DNA of 64,000 nt, taken from NCBI RefSeq assembly GCF_009914755.1, contig NC_060925.1; one strand, written 5' to 3'. The notes beneath the pieces were generated by a model. It was not told where the DNA came from. It did not search any database and worked only from the letters and a program-made list of their open reading frames with translations. The position numbers were made by a program, and so were the translations under genes. The DNA comes from the human T2T-CHM13v2.0 reference genome, Homo sapiens. This document shows positions 31,375-47,344 of the stretch, piece by piece. How positions within the stretch are numbered: position 1 is the stretch's first letter; the number at the start of each line of letters is the position of its first letter.

Positions 31375-32424
31375 TAGGGAAAGACAGAGCCCACAAGCCA
31401 GGTCTCAGGCTGCCGAGACCAGGATTCCTGATTAGACCGGGGCTGTCCCAGAGGACCCTCAAACTCCTTCCCAATCTGTCCCTTCCCGCCAATCCCTCTC
31501 CAGGGCTCACTGGCTGTGTGTCCTCCATCCAAGTGACTGAACCTCTCTGAGCCTCGGTATACCTATTTGTAAAAGAGTCAATAGTCCCTGCTTCACAGAC
31601 CTATGAAGGCTGGCACAGAGGTTTCTAAAATGGGGGTCTCTTCCCCTGAGCTTGGCCAAGGCGGGTAGTGGATGCTCTTTTTTAGGGGTTGAAGTCACAA
31701 ACAAACTGCAGTTCTGTTCTCTTGAGATCTCTCTGGATCTCGGTGGGCAGTGAGACAGAGCTCTGCCCTCCCCACTCAGTGTCCAGAGGGTTGTTATGGC
31801 AACCTCCAACATCCAAGAGGATCATGCCAGATCCTTTCGGACAAGAGAGATCTGTGGGCCCTGCTTGGCCTTCCCCAGTCTGGGCTTCGGTCTGGGCATC
31901 TCTCTGGATCCACGGAGTTCCCCAGATCCCTGCAGAATAAGGAGTGGGAGGGACAAGGAGACAGGAAGGAATTAGACCCAGAACTCCATGGTGAGTCTAG
32001 AAAGCTGCAGGTGACTTGCAGGACCCAGGGATCAGCTGAAGCATGGGAGGGCACTGGGGCCCGGGGCTTGGCAGAAGCACTTGAATTTTATCTCTCAGTG
32101 GCATAAAGCAAATGTTGGTCCTTTGCTAACTGCAGTCATGATTTTGGTCACAACTCTATATCTTGTCCTATTATTTCCTTAATATTTTACTATATCTAAA
32201 AGCACCTTTAAAAAACTAATTCAAGGATACTAATGCTCTTATAAATGGAAAATGAGTATCATTTCCTGTAAATAGATGGGAACCATAAAAACCATAAATA
32301 GCATAAAAACAAGGAACGTTGTTAAATTCTACCTAGAGACTAGCACACGGGAAGTTGTGAGCGTGGGGCCTGCCCTCTCTTTGTTAAGAAGAGACAACAA
32401 CTGTGTTAATGACTGTATCGGATT

Positions 32425-32626
32425 GTGCTGGCCTCAGTGGTGGCCACCAGCCACGTGTGACTATGCAAATTTGAATTACAATTAAATACAATGAAAGACG
32501 AAGTTCTTCAGTTGCAGTAGGGAAGTTTCAGGTGCTCAAAACCCCATGTAGCTAGTACTGCCACATTGAACACTGCGAATCTAGAACGTTTCCGTCATCG
32601 CAGAAACTTCTATTGGACAGCACTGC
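32425..32626. mobile_element. MER3-like hAT-Charlie relic
   Basis: ...ccagccacgtgtgactat...tttccgtcatcgcagaaacttctattggacagcactg resembles MER3. Confidence 0.7.
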
Positions 32627-32666
32627 TCTAGAACTGAATGGAGACTCAGTCAGATTAGTATTTCCA

Positions 32667-33071
<405 letters not shown>

Positions 33072-35032
33072 TCATCTCTGACCTCACAGCTCTGAGGACA
33101 GTCTCTGCCCAGAGACTGCACTCCCTACAACTCTAGTCCCCATCCCCCTCAGCTCCTGTCTGAGCTCAAGTGTCCTCACTGAAGAACTGAATCTGGTGCC
33201 CCACTCCCCATCCACGGGCTGGCCTCGCTGCCTGCCAGACAAATGCCTGCTTCCTTCTTCTGAAGCCCCAAGGGCTGGCTTTTGTTGTCACCGTCAGAAC
33301 ACTGAGGTTATGCACTGCATTTCAGGAATTGAATCCTTGGCATTAGTTGTATTTGGCTCTGAGCCCCAGAAATGGTGGGGAAGGGGCCCCAGGATGGCAG
33401 CTGTGCCCACTGTGGTCTCCCCACAGTGACTGGGGGGCTGGGTAACTGGAAGCCCTGGCAGGAAAGGCCAGGGCAGAGCCCTGGCAGGAAAAGCAAGGGC
33501 AGGGGTTAGATCTGACTCCAGGTCTCTGCCCTTGGGGATGAGGCAGGCCATGATGAAGGCAGGACTCCCTTGCAATCCATTCCTTCGCTGTGTGGCATGG
33601 CGTCACCATCAGAGACCACCTGGCACTGGCCAAAAAAAAAGCAAGGATAACTTTCCAACGGACAAGATAGCAGGATGGAAGGAAGTGGGCCCAGGGCAGA
33701 GAGGCATTGCCAAGATGGATGACCCTCCAGGCGCATGACCTCTCACACATCCGGGCCATACCCACCAGCTTCCTGGCTATGAATGTGGCACCATGATTAA
33801 ATTACCCAGCATGCCTTTTGACACACCAGGCGTTTGCATGTGCTCTCCTGTCTGCCTGCAGTGCCCTTCCCTTCACCTCCACTTAACATGTAAGGCAGTA
33901 CTAGTTTCTCTTTTTGTTTTTGTTGCGGGGAGGAGGGGGTTGCCCCTTGGGGGAGGGGCCTAGGCCTATTCCTATAATTAACACTTGAAGCGATTGGGAG
34001 GAAGGGATCTTTGTATTGGTGGAAGGGGTCAGGGGCGGGGAGCACAGTTTGAGTGAACCTCACGTTACCTTTCTGCGACTCAGCTTCTCCCATCTCTGAT
34101 GCGAGCACAAGGTCTCCCAAGATCTTCTAGCTTGACTCAGGCTGAATGCTCCAAGCCCAGGGCTCAGGTCCTACCTTGCCCACTGCATACCTAGCCTCTT
34201 CAGGTGCATAGCAGATACTCAATAAATGCTTTAGGGGAAGGAGTGAATGAGTCAATGACAAAAAATAAAAGTGCTTCCAGGAATACCAGAGATGGAGAAG
34301 GAGAGGAAGGGGGAGAAAGAAATGAAGGCAAAAGAGAAAAAGGAGGAAGAGGAGTGGGGAGGAAGGAAGGTAGCCTCTGAGTGTCTGCTCTCTTTTCCAT
34401 CTTCCTTTCTGCTTCCTCTTCTCTATGCTTCCCGCAGCTCCCCAGGGGCTGCTGAGGGGCAGCTTCAGCGCCCCGGCTGGGAGATGCCCTGCTAGCATCC
34501 CCTCTGTTGGGTCAGACGTGGGCAGGAGCCACAGGATTGATGGGGACAGGGAGCTGATACCTGGGTGTCTCAGCCCCAACAGCTAAGGAGGCTGAGCAGG
34601 GGCTTCCTGCAGCCTCCCTAGCTTGGGCCCAGGGCTGAAGCAGATTCCTGGCCTGATAACCCCAACCAGGCCTGGGAAGTGAGCTGACTCCAACCTTCTG
34701 GGCTCTCCAGGCCCAGGCCCAGGAAGCAACAGGCCTTCACCCACCCCCAGTCTCCATGGTGGAAATTAGTGGGGATAATGGGGTGGGGTCCATGGCCTTG
34801 ACCAAGGTCATTCAGGTGAGGTCTCCTCTAGCCTGGGGGAATCACTCAGAGACCCTGGGACATCCCAGAGAGAGCTTGTCAGTGGAAGTCGCCTAATCCA
34901 AACCCTTCATGTCACAAATGGGGAAAGTGAGGCCCGAGGAGGGGAGGTGGCCTTCCCAGGGTCACCAGCATTTAGGAGCAGAGCCAGGCCTGGAATCTAA
35001 GCTTCTTGATGGGCAGCTCTGGACACGTGCAC

Positions 35033-35328
35033 TTTTTCTTTTGATGAGACAGGGTCTTGCTCTGTTGTCCAGGCTGAAGTGTGGTGGTGTGATTGGCTTA
35101 CTATAACCTGGAACTCCAGGGCTCAAGCGATTCTCTCACCTCAGCCTCTTGAGTATCTGGGACTACAGGCATGCACTTCCACACTCAGCTAATTTTCTTA
35201 CTTTTTTCTGGAGGTTGGTTCTTACTGTGTTGTCCAGGCTGGTCTTGAACTCCTGGGCTCAAGCAATCCTCCTGCCTCAGCCTCCCAAAATGCTGGGATT
35301 ACAGGCATGAGCCACCATACATGGAGGC
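35033..35328 (-). mobile_element. Alu (J-like)
   Basis: Diverged reverse Alu about 470 nt upstream of exon 5. Confidence 0.9.
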
Positions 35329-35647
35329 CTTTTTCTTAAAGTCAGGATTATTGAGGTATAGTTAATATACAGTAAAATTCTGTCCTTTTAACTGAGAATA
35401 CAGCTCTATGGATTTTGTCAAGTGTATCTCACCACGAAACCATCCCTTGAGTCTTATGTCATGGACATCCTTGCATGTCAGTGGAAATAAACAAAATGCC
35501 CAACCAGAGGGGACTGTTTTGTTGTTGTTTGTTTGTTTGTTTTTCCCTAAAGGGAAAGGTTTTACAAGAAAGTATTTAAGCAATACTCTAGGGTTGGGCA
35601 TGGAGGTTGCTTCCCATCCTTCACATTGATAAACAATGCTAGGGTGA

Positions 35648-36633
<986 letters not shown>

Positions 36634-38228
36634 TCAGCCAGAAGAGAGGGTTTGGGGAGTATAAGAATCTCCAAATCTCTGATGAGCAGAGGAAGTGATC
36701 AGGAGGAAGATTTCCAAACAAGCCTAGCTTCCTCAGATGGATGATGAGTGTTCTGTTACCGGAAGCATGCACGTAGGCTGGGTAGGCCAGTTCCTGGCAG
36801 GTTAGATGCCTCAGGGCAGGGTGGGCAGCCCCCAAAGACCCTGAACATCCCCTCCATGGCCTCAATATATGGGAAGGAAGAGGGGAGAAGAGCAAGAGCC
36901 TCCCAATGGCTCGAGGACTGCCCCGCCTGCTCTCTGTCAGTGGGTTGAGGGGCAAAGGCCTGCTGTAGGGGGCCTGGGGACATTGCCTCACCTCCCCAGG
37001 CCAAACTCTCGGATTCCAGGAGGCCTACAGTTGTTCTCCAAGTGCAGGAGCCTCTCTGGGGATCTGGCTGGAAAGGGCTGAGGCTGGAGGGTTGGGGATG
37101 GAGGAGGAAGAGCCGGGACAAGTCGTGATGAACGGCTCTTGTGGGAATCCATTCCCTGGCTGTCTTCTGCATGGATTGGGAGGCATAGAGAGAGGGGAAA
37201 GATCCCCATTACCAGAATCTAAGCAGTGCTCAGGGAGTCAGAGCGGCCTGCAGAGGGGCCACCCCAAACTGCTGACGGCGGGCACTTCCATCCAAGAGGA
37301 GCCAGCCTTTGCCCGGCACCCACTTGGTGCCAGTGGCATTGCTGGGGCTGCTTCTCAAACGTGACCTAGTGGAAGCTCAGACCACCTTGTCGGGTCAGCG
37401 TGGTCACCCCCTGCAAGCCACGGGTGCAGAAACTGGAAGTTCAGAGAAGCAACATGCCCAGGGGCACAAGCTGGATGGGGGCTGAGCCAGGCCCAGCTGC
37501 TGGCAAAAACCACGTCCTTTCCATCCAGGGAAATGAACAAGCTGAGTCACAAGCTGAAATTTGAAAGCAACTGGGACAATCCTAGAAGCAAGGGACGTTT
37601 CAGCACTCCAGGACCCAGCGGACACCCCTCCGCCCCCTGTCCTCACTCCCAGATTAGGGGTCCTTCGCTTCCTTTGAGGGAGACCCCAAGGGGAAAGAGG
37701 CGGGAGGCAGCAGCCAGCTCATCTCTTTCCCTCCCCTCCTGACCGAGGTGATATCCGAGCTGGCTCCAGGCCTCCCTCCCGCTCTGATCCTCCTGCAGCT
37801 GTTCTCCTGGGCACATTCCTGGGCGCTTTCTCGTTCCCACGTCTGGCGGCCACGGCGGCTTCCCACCACCTTGAAGCCTGACTGCTCCTTGTAAAATTTC
37901 CTGGCTGTCAGAGCAGTGCTTTTATTGGCCCAGGGGACTCAGAAACAGGTGTCACTCAAGGTCCACGGAGGGAGGGGGTCTGGGAATGGAGAGGCAGCCG
38001 GAGCCCAGGCAAAGCCATCCTGAGGGGGCGGGGCCCGCCTCCTGCGTCTTATTGACTTCCTATCATACTCTGGGCTTCCCCAGTGCATGGAGCTCCCTCT
38101 AGGGCAGGGCAGGGACTCCCCATTAGACCAGAATCTCTCCCAGGGCAGGGCTGGATCTCCCCATTTAGCCTGAGAGCTTTCTCAGAGAAGAGGGAACAAA
38201 AAACGTTTGAGTTTTTAAAGAATAAACG

Positions 38229-38578
<350 letters not shown>

Positions 38579-40083
38579 TTAGCCTGGAGAAGTGGAGACT
38601 TGAAAGATACAGCTGCTCTGAGCATCCCCAAAGGGTTAACCCAGGGCCAGGGTCAAGAGAGGAGCATCTAAAGTCCAACATGAAGGTCTCCAGGAAAGAG
38701 CTCAGGACTGAGAGCTCAGGGTTCCTGCCTTTGGTCAGCTGTGTCACCTTCAACAGGTCAATTTCCTTTCCTGAGACTTCGTTTCCTGTCTGCAAATAAG
38801 GGGATGGAACTCAACAATTACTAAGACCCTTACATTTCTGGGATCCCTATTTACTGACAATCAGGGATGCTTTGTGAGGTGATGAGATTCCCATTACCAG
38901 AAGTGTTCAAACAAAAGCACAATGTCCAGTCAATCAGGGACCCTGAGGTCTTTGAGTTATGACCTCAAAGCCCCCTGAGTACTGCTTACATTGTATGGCT
39001 TCATACATTTTAGGTCTTGGTCTTTGATTCTAAAGGTCTGTGGTTCTGGGATTTTCCAATCGTATAATATCTCATCTCAGTGGACCTGGCAGATGGGTGG
39101 GTTAGTGGATTGGTTCAGGGTAGGCTTGGAGCCAAATACCTAGATGTGGATTCCAGCTCCATGTCTTACCCTTTCCACCCTCCACCCATCTCTCACAGGC
39201 AAGATGATGATAATGATGTCTACCTTGCTCTGAGGATTAAATGATTACATGTAAAAAAAAAAAGAAAAAAAAAGAGGAAGTACCTGCACACAGAAGTGCC
39301 ATAAATGGGGGTTGTTCTTACTAAAACTCTGCCCGTTCTTGGCAGCTCCAATTCTAGCCACCTTTGCAGCTCCAGGTACATTCACCCAGCAGTCATTTAC
39401 AGAGTACTTGCTGTGTGCCAGGCGCTGTTCTAGGCATTGGGGATTCACTGGGCAAAAAGCTCTGCTGTCTTGAAGCTGGCATTCTCATAAATACGTGCAC
39501 AGGTAAACATGATGTCAGGTGGGGATCTGGTCACCAAAGAGTGGCCTGTTATCCCCTCTGGCTCCCTCAAGCTCTGCCTTCCTGCAGGGGCCAGGAGCCT
39601 CTGCTTGAAGCCTGCTAGATGTTACCAGTGCCTGTAACACCTCTGCCTCAGCCAGGAGAAAGCCAGAGCCACATGAAGGGCAGCCAAGGGGGTGTCAGGC
39701 AGGAGAACCCATGCCTGGGGACCCATGACTCCTTTCTCTGGAGTGATACATATATCTTCCTTAGAGGTGAACAGACCCATTTTTTCCTGGGTGCCACAAC
39801 CCTGAGCCTGTGAATTTCTTCTAGAAATAGAGGCTGCAGGGCTAATAGGTCCCAAGGTCACCCCATGGCCTCTCCCATGACTGCCTCTGATGACTTCCCC
39901 ATCCTTCAGATGATCAGCACCAGGAAACTAGGGCAGTGTACAACGCCTCTTTACTTTACCGTCCTTGGAACCCTGCTCTGTGCTTGGGGTAGGGGTGGGA
40001 TGTTCTGAACGGAAATCCCATTGTGGAAGCACTACAGAGATTCACTAATTAACAACTTACACTGAATCTCTTAATAACACTAG

Positions 40084-40410
<327 letters not shown>

Positions 40411-40577
40411 TTCATGGTGCATTTTTTATGTGCCAGGCATGATGGCTCACCAGTCTACGTGTGTTATGTTTATTAATTCTCACCATGACCCTGCGGGGTA
40501 TGTGTGATTCTTCTCTCCATTTTGCAGATGAGAAAACTGAGATGTAGCTAAGGAAAGTAACTTCCTAAAGCACAGCT

Positions 40578-41110
40578 ATACATATACACAGTGGAGTACT
40601 ATTCAGCCATAAAAAAGAATGAGATCCTGTCGTTTGCAACAACATGGATGGAACTGGAGGTCATTATGTTAAGTGAAATAAGCCAGGCACAGAAAGACAA
40701 ACTTCACATGTTCTCATTTATTTGTGAGAGCTAAAAATTAAGGCAATTGAGCTCATGGAGATAGAGAGTAGAAGGATGGTTACCAGAGGCTGGGGCGGGT
40801 AGTGGGAGGTGAGGGGAGAAGTGGGGATGGTTAACGGGTTCAAAAAAGGAATAAGGATAAAGAAGATGTATTTGTATTTGATAACACAATAGGGTGACTA
40901 TAGTCAATAATAAGTTAATTGTACCTTTAAAAATAACTAAAAGAATATAATTGGACTGTTTGTAACACAAAGGGTAAATGCTTGAGGTGATGGATACCCC
41001 ATTTACCCCGATGTGATTATTATACATTATATGTCTATATCAAAGATCCCCTCTATCCTATAAATATGCATGCCTACTATGTAGCCACAAAAACTAAAAC
41101 TTAAAAAAAA
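40578..41110 (+). mobile_element. L1 3' end fragment (L1MA-like), 5'-truncated
   Basis: gagtactattcagccataaaaaagaatgagatcctgtc...atggatggaactggaggtcattatgttaagtgaaataagccaggcacagaaagacaaa is the L1 ORF2 end and 3'UTR; ends in an A tail; interrupts a MIR. Confidence 0.9.
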
Positions 41111-42314
41111 GATACAGTTCAAAGTGACTGTGCTGGGACTTGAACCCAAGTCTATCTGCTCAGGTTCGTTTCCTCTGTGCTACATGAAGAGAAGGGCCAG
41201 ATGGAATATTGGACACAGTACACAGATGGCATCAACTGTACCCTACTCCCAGCGCAGGGTATTGAGAGAAGGATCAGAAATGAAGAATAAAACCCAGCGC
41301 CTGCTTTCAAAGAACTCAGTCCTGACCAGAGATTCTGGGTAGGGTGCTGGGGCTGTCACTGTCCCTTTTAGAGCGTTTATTTCCCTCTCTGTAAACGGGC
41401 AGCTCATACGAGACGCTGGCAGAGACCCTTCCAGCTCAGCTATCTCAGAGGGTCTCCAGCAGAATGATACTTACCTGTGGCTGGCGCTGTTCTAAGCATG
41501 TTGCCTGTGCTAGCTCATTTGAGGTCCAGAACCACCTAGGAGGTGGCTGTTATTAGCCCCATTTTATGAAGAAACTGGGATAACAAAAATTTTCCCATCT
41601 TAGGAGTTAGAGGCAGAATTCCATCCCAGGCAGTTGACTCCAGCATCCCTGCTGTCAACCATCCTGTTACACTTAGTGAGAAGGGAGGTGCCTACTGGGA
41701 AGGAGGTGAACCTAGGGACATAGGACAATGAAGGAAGAAGAGATGACAGAATTGGCAACAAAGGCATGCCCTCTCCTCCAGGAAGTCCTCCTGGATTCTG
41801 AGAGGCAAAGTTGGAAGCCCCTCCTCTGAGCTCCTTACCCAACCTTGCATGTCACCCCATCTGAGCTTATTGCACTGAAAAGCAGCTGCTCTTTGACTCG
41901 TGCCCAGGCAAAGGGCAGTTTGAGGGCTAGGAGTGGGTCCTGTCCATCTCTCTAGCCTGTCTTGCTTGGCACAGAGAGGAGTCCCAGTAAAAGTTTGAGA
42001 GGAGAAGGTGGGAATAAAGAAGGAAGGGAAGAGTAGGAAAAGAAAAGGAAGGGATTAGAAGGGAAGGGAAGGAGGAAGAATGCATCCAACTTTATTCAGC
42101 ATTCTTTTTTTGAGGAAAAGATGAGCGGCACCTAAGGACCTGCTGCTACATGACAAACTACAGTGGCATATCCCAAATGCCCATCGCTCTCCCACCCACC
42201 CAAGATGTTCGCCACCTTCACCTATTATCTATATTGTTATTTACTTTTCAACGAAATCAAGTGTTTTAAAATAAAAATGCACAACACTCCCATAAAGGGA
42301 AGGCAATTGTTAAA

Positions 42315-42316
<2 letters not shown>

Positions 42317-42348
<32 letters not shown>

Positions 42349-42353
42349 CACAC
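42317..42353. repeat. (CA)n microsatellite
   Basis: acacacac... with one interruption. Confidence 0.92.
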
Positions 42354-43129
42354 AAAGGAAAACAAAACAACATGATTAAAGCCTTTCAGGAAAATGTCAC
42401 CTGCAAACGCCTCCTCTCCCTGCATTCAGAAGGGAGATTGGCACAGGTTAGAAAGGCACTGAGGATGCATTAGCACCAAACTGAGACCCCTCTTCCCCCC
42501 TTCTCCATGCCCAGGAGGCCTGGGAGAGAAGTGGAATGGAATAACTTTCCCATCCTCATGTCCAGGTTATTGAATTCTGTTTCTCCAACAGGGAGCAGTG
42601 GCAGGAGGCCCACTGTTTGGGAAACACTGAATTAGTACAAAGACCTCCTCACACCCTTCCCGCAGAGCCTGGAAGCTCGGAGGCAAGGCCATTCCTTGCA
42701 GGGCTCCCTCCAGCATCCCTGCCACTCCAGGGTGCCCCGGGGAAACCCTCGGCGCCCTGTGGAAGTGGGGAGAAGCCAGGGCTTTGAATCCATCGGGAGC
42801 CAGTCGTTTTTCCTCCAGGCTTGGCTGCCTCCTCTCCCTTTCTCTGTGAAACCTCAACAGGTGAAAGCCGGCAGCTCTTGTTTATCCAGCCTGCAAGCTG
42901 AACGCTGCTTTTCCCACCCGGGAAGGATGGCTCTAGGGGTGCATAAGCGCCCTCCACCTGGCTGCATTCCCCTCCCCCATCTCAGCAGACACGGCCCAGA
43001 GATTTGGGGGTCTTGGGTGATCAGGTGCCAGGGGAGGTGGCGGCCTTCACCCCCCATCAGGATGGAACACCAACCAAGCCTTGTAGCCCCAGCCCCAGCA
43101 AAGGCACCCCAGTGCCAATCCTGCCTCCC

Positions 43130-43500
43130 CTTGTTCATTCATTCATTCGTCATTCACTCCTTCATTCATTCAACAAGTATTCCTTGAACACTTACTGAGC
43201 TCCAGGCATTGGGCAAGGAATGCATGGCCTCTGTCCCGTGGAGCCTGAGTCTGAGGGGGACATTAGGAGCAGCACAGCCAAGAAACAGATATATAGAATC
43301 ATTGATCCTGTGGGGAAGCACACAGGTAGGAGGCCCACCTGACAGAAGGCAGAGAACCTACCTGAACCCACCTTAGATGCGGCAATTAAGGAGTAGGAGT
43401 AGGAGGAAGCATTTCAGCTGAGCTCTGAAGGCCAAAGAGCCAGCTGCAGGAAGAGTGTTCAGGGGAGAGGGAACAGCATGTGCAAAGCTGAAGGTGGAAA
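43130..43500 (-). mobile_element. L2 3' end relic (similar relics ~6480, ~23850, ~27460, ~39390, ~51130)
   Basis: (TTCA)n tail followed by aacaagtatt...cttactgagc..caggcattg, typical of an antisense L2 3' end. Confidence 0.65.
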
Positions 43501-43608
43501 AGAGCCCCCTCAAGGCAGCCCCAGTGTGCACCCTCATTCTCCTCTTTCTCTGACCTGTCCCAGGAAACTTGCAAATCCAGATAAGTGGGCTCTAGAAAGC
43601 CAGACTGA

Positions 43609-43904
<296 letters not shown>

Positions 43905-44118
43905 AGACTGATTTTAAGTTTGAACCTCAGCTCCAACACAGACTAGCTGTGTGGACTTGGGCAAGCAACTTGACCTCTGTGAGCCTTGGTTTCCCCTTCT
44001 GTAAAATGGGAATAGGAGAATACGTCTCATGGGTCTATGTATGGATTGATACGTGAAGTGCCAGCACAGGAAGGGGAGACAAAAATGTTGGGTTATTATC
44101 CCACTAATGTTTGATAAA

Positions 44119-44121
<3 letters not shown>

Positions 44122-44165
<44 letters not shown>
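44122..44165. repeat. (GT)22 microsatellite
   Basis: Perfect GT dinucleotide run about 535 nt upstream of exon 6. Confidence 0.96.
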
Positions 44166-44167
<2 letters not shown>

Positions 44168-44700
44168 CCTATTTCAAGGAGGCCCAGGGTGTGTAAGCAA
44201 AGTAGGGCCTCAGTCTCCAGAGAAAGAACCCGGCTTGCACATCTGGGTCTGAAGTGCAGGTCTCATTCAGGTGGGTTGCAGATGCGTGGCTTCCTCCTGG
44301 GGGGCTTCCTGGAGGAGGTGGTCAAGCAGGGCACCAGCATCCCTCCAGGAAGGAGCAGCTGCAGAGGAAAGAGCACTGGCCTGAGAGCCACACAGGACTG
44401 GCTGGACCACTGACTCAACCTGGCCCATGGACAAGTCACCCACTTTCTTTGGGTCTTGGTTTCCTCATCTGTAAAATGGGGATAATATAGAACCCCCTCA
44501 CTGGTGGTTGTGAGGGCAGAATGGGGTCATACCTATGAAATCACTCTGCAAAGCGTCCTGTGCTGCACAATGCCGGGGCCTGCAGGAGGATGCTGGCTGG
44601 ATCAGAGGGTGATGGCTTGGGCAACTGGGTCTACATGTGTTGCAGCTCTCTGCCAGGAACCTGGCCGAGGGGTCTCCATTCTCTGCTCTCCACCTCCCAG

Positions 44701-44866
44701 GTCTGGTTCAGTAACCGCCGCGCCCGTTGGCGTAAGCAGGCAGGAGCCAACCAGCTGGCGGCGTTCAACCACCTTCTGCCAGGAGGCTTCCCACCCACCG
44801 GCATGCCCACGCTGCCCCCCTACCAGCTGCCGGACTCCACCTACCCCACCACCACCATCTCCCAAG
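44701..44866 (+). CDS. PAX7: PAX7 coding exon (exon 6): homeodomain helix 3 ([13 protein letters not shown], Ser50) plus start of C-terminal region
   Basis: ctccacctcccag| acceptor and AAG|gtgagt donor. Translates [55 protein letters not shown](D). 166 nt, phase 0 to 1, in frame with the previous exon. The intron falls between homeodomain codons 46 and 47. Confidence 0.98.
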
Positions 44867-45087
44867 GTGAGTGTCTTGGCCCCGTCCTGCCATCTCAGTG
44901 GTGCCCCTTCCCTTCTTTCTTTACTTTCACTTACAAAGGCTCTTCTTTTTTTTATGACCATTTCTTACTTTCATGTAAGCAGGCTATTGAGAGCAAAAAG
45001 ATGCAATCCTGCCCTTGAAATTCTTGGCCCTGACACAGAGCAGCCAGGTGGGATCCCCAAGGCAGCCCCTGTGCACCTGTTTAGAAC

Positions 45088-45225
45088 TGAGCTTCTCAAA
45101 TGGTACCAGGGATCTCCCAGGAATGTTACTAAAATGCTGGTCTGGGTGAGGCCTGAGATTCTGCACTTCTAAAAATCCCCCTGGGAATGCCCAAGCTGGT
45201 GGAGCATGGACCAGGCTTTGAGCAG
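45088..45225. mobile_element. MER5A-like hAT relic
   Basis: cttctcaaa...gggaatgttactaaaatgc...ggcctgagattctgcacttcta...ggaccaggctttgagcagc. Confidence 0.6.
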
Positions 45226-45355
45226 CGAGGATTTGGAGGAGAGGACACTGGGCTGACCTGCTTTGGAGGGAAAGGAACGGATTCTGCAGGGACTTTGGGA
45301 CCATGCATAGTCACAGTCTTTGAGTTTTTAAAGTGAGAGAGTGACATGAGTACAA

Positions 45356-45520
45356 ATGTGCGTGTGAGTGCGTGCATGAGTGTGTGCGTGTGAGTGCATG
45401 AGTGTGTGCGTATGAGTGAGTGAATGAGTGTGTGTGGGTGTGTGCATGAGTGTGTGCGTATGAGTGAGTGAATGAGTGTGTGAGTGTGTGCATGAGTGTG
45501 TGCATGTGCACGTGTGTGTG
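45356..45520. repeat. Degenerate TG-rich repeat (TGAGTGTGTGCA-like)
   Basis: Repeated tgagtgtgtgca/tgagtgagtgaa units. Confidence 0.9.
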
Positions 45521-46097
45521 TACTTGTTGGGAAGATGTTGGAATCATGTTGGAATCATTTTTTTTTTTAGATTATGTTGGTCTCCAACCTATGACAAAAA
45601 AAAAATTTACAAAGGGGCTTAAATAATTTGCTGGGACCTCATTTTCTTGCCTCTCTCTGGAAAGATCCATTTTCAGAGATGGAATAAAGGTCAGGGTCTC
45701 CTTTGAGGACCTGAGAAAGCTCCCTATGAGGGATTCCCCCCACTCTGGGGTGAACAGCCCTAGGCCAGGCTGGGCTGAGAGGGGTCAGAGCCCTCAGGTC
45801 CTCCTGGGAAGGAGGCCTCACTTGAGCCCAGTTCTCCCAGTGGCTTGAAGTATAAGATTCCCTTCTAGCGCTGGAAAGGGATAGGCAGAGGGAAGAAGGT
45901 GAGTGGGTGAGAGAGGATAGGGGATCAGGGGGCCTTGGGAGAGGAAAGGAAAGTCTGGGTCCCAGGAGAGAAGGTGAGCCTTGTAGGGGAAGAAGGGTTC
46001 CCTCCCCCTACCTCACCGGAACTTGCTCTCATTCTGTCACCCCAGAAGCCCTGTCCCAGCACACACCAGGAATACCACTACTTGATATTGGCCTCAT

Positions 46098-46416
<319 letters not shown>

Positions 46417-47141
46417 CTACCTCATAAAGCCTCCTCTTAAATGACTGGCAGGCTGGAGTTCTGGAGGCCAAGGAAAGAGTCAAAGAGCCCCCTCCAGCAC
46501 CACTGTGACTTGGTAAGATAAATTGAACCAGTGTTGAGGGTCCCAGCCTCTGCAAAGCTGCACAGAAGGGCCCAGAGAGCGCAGAATAACAGCCTAGCAG
46601 CAAAGAACAGAGATGGCTCCAGAGTTAGGCCATTCAAATCCTGGTCCCATCACTCACTAGCCTGGTCATCTTGTGTGAGTGCCCCAAGCCCACCAAGCCT
46701 TGGTTTCTTCATCTGTAAAATGGGATTTACAGTCTTGCTTCATACCCTTAGGCAGCGTTTGTAAAAGCACCTGGCAAGTGGTTGACGCTCACAAAACAAA
46801 ACAGACTGGGTAGATTAACAGAGTCCCCATCAAGGTCTGGTTTTCAGCCCAGCTGACATTTATTGAGCACCTACTGTGTGCCAAGCACTGAGGAACAGTG
46901 GCTGGTGTGCACCTGTCTAGGGGTTGTCTAGAATGTTGGGTTGTCAGTCAAGACCTGGCCAGTGCCTACTGCCCTGCCCAGGAGCCAACTTGTCTCATCC
47001 CAGGTAGCATGAGAGGGTGGTCCCTTCCCTCCAAGGAATGGAGACCGGGAGGAGGAGTCTCTTGGCTTGCCTTCTGCTCTCAGAGGCCCAGCGTCCAGGA
47101 TGAGGCCACTTGCTTAGGACCTCTCTTGGGTCTCTCTACAG

Positions 47142-47344
47142 ATGGGGGCAGCACTGTGCACCGGCCTCAGCCCCTGCCACCGTCCACCATGCACCAGGGC
47201 GGGCTGGCTGCAGCGGCTGCAGCCGCCGACACCAGCTCTGCCTACGGAGCCCGCCACAGCTTCTCCAGCTACTCTGACAGCTTCATGAATCCGGCGGCGC
47301 CCTCCAACCACATGAACCCGGTCAGCAACGGCCTGTCTCCTCAG
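47142..47344 (+). CDS. PAX7: PAX7 coding exon (exon 7): P/S/T-rich region with Ala7 run
   Basis: tctctctacag| acceptor and CAG|gtaggt donor. Translates (D)[67 protein letters not shown]. 203 nt, phase 1 to 0. Confidence 0.97.

Noticed and set aside
44504-45172. 222-aa ORF overlapping exon 6 in another frame
   Set aside because: GC-rich shadow frame with a non-ATG start inside MIR-like sequence; no recognisable protein features.
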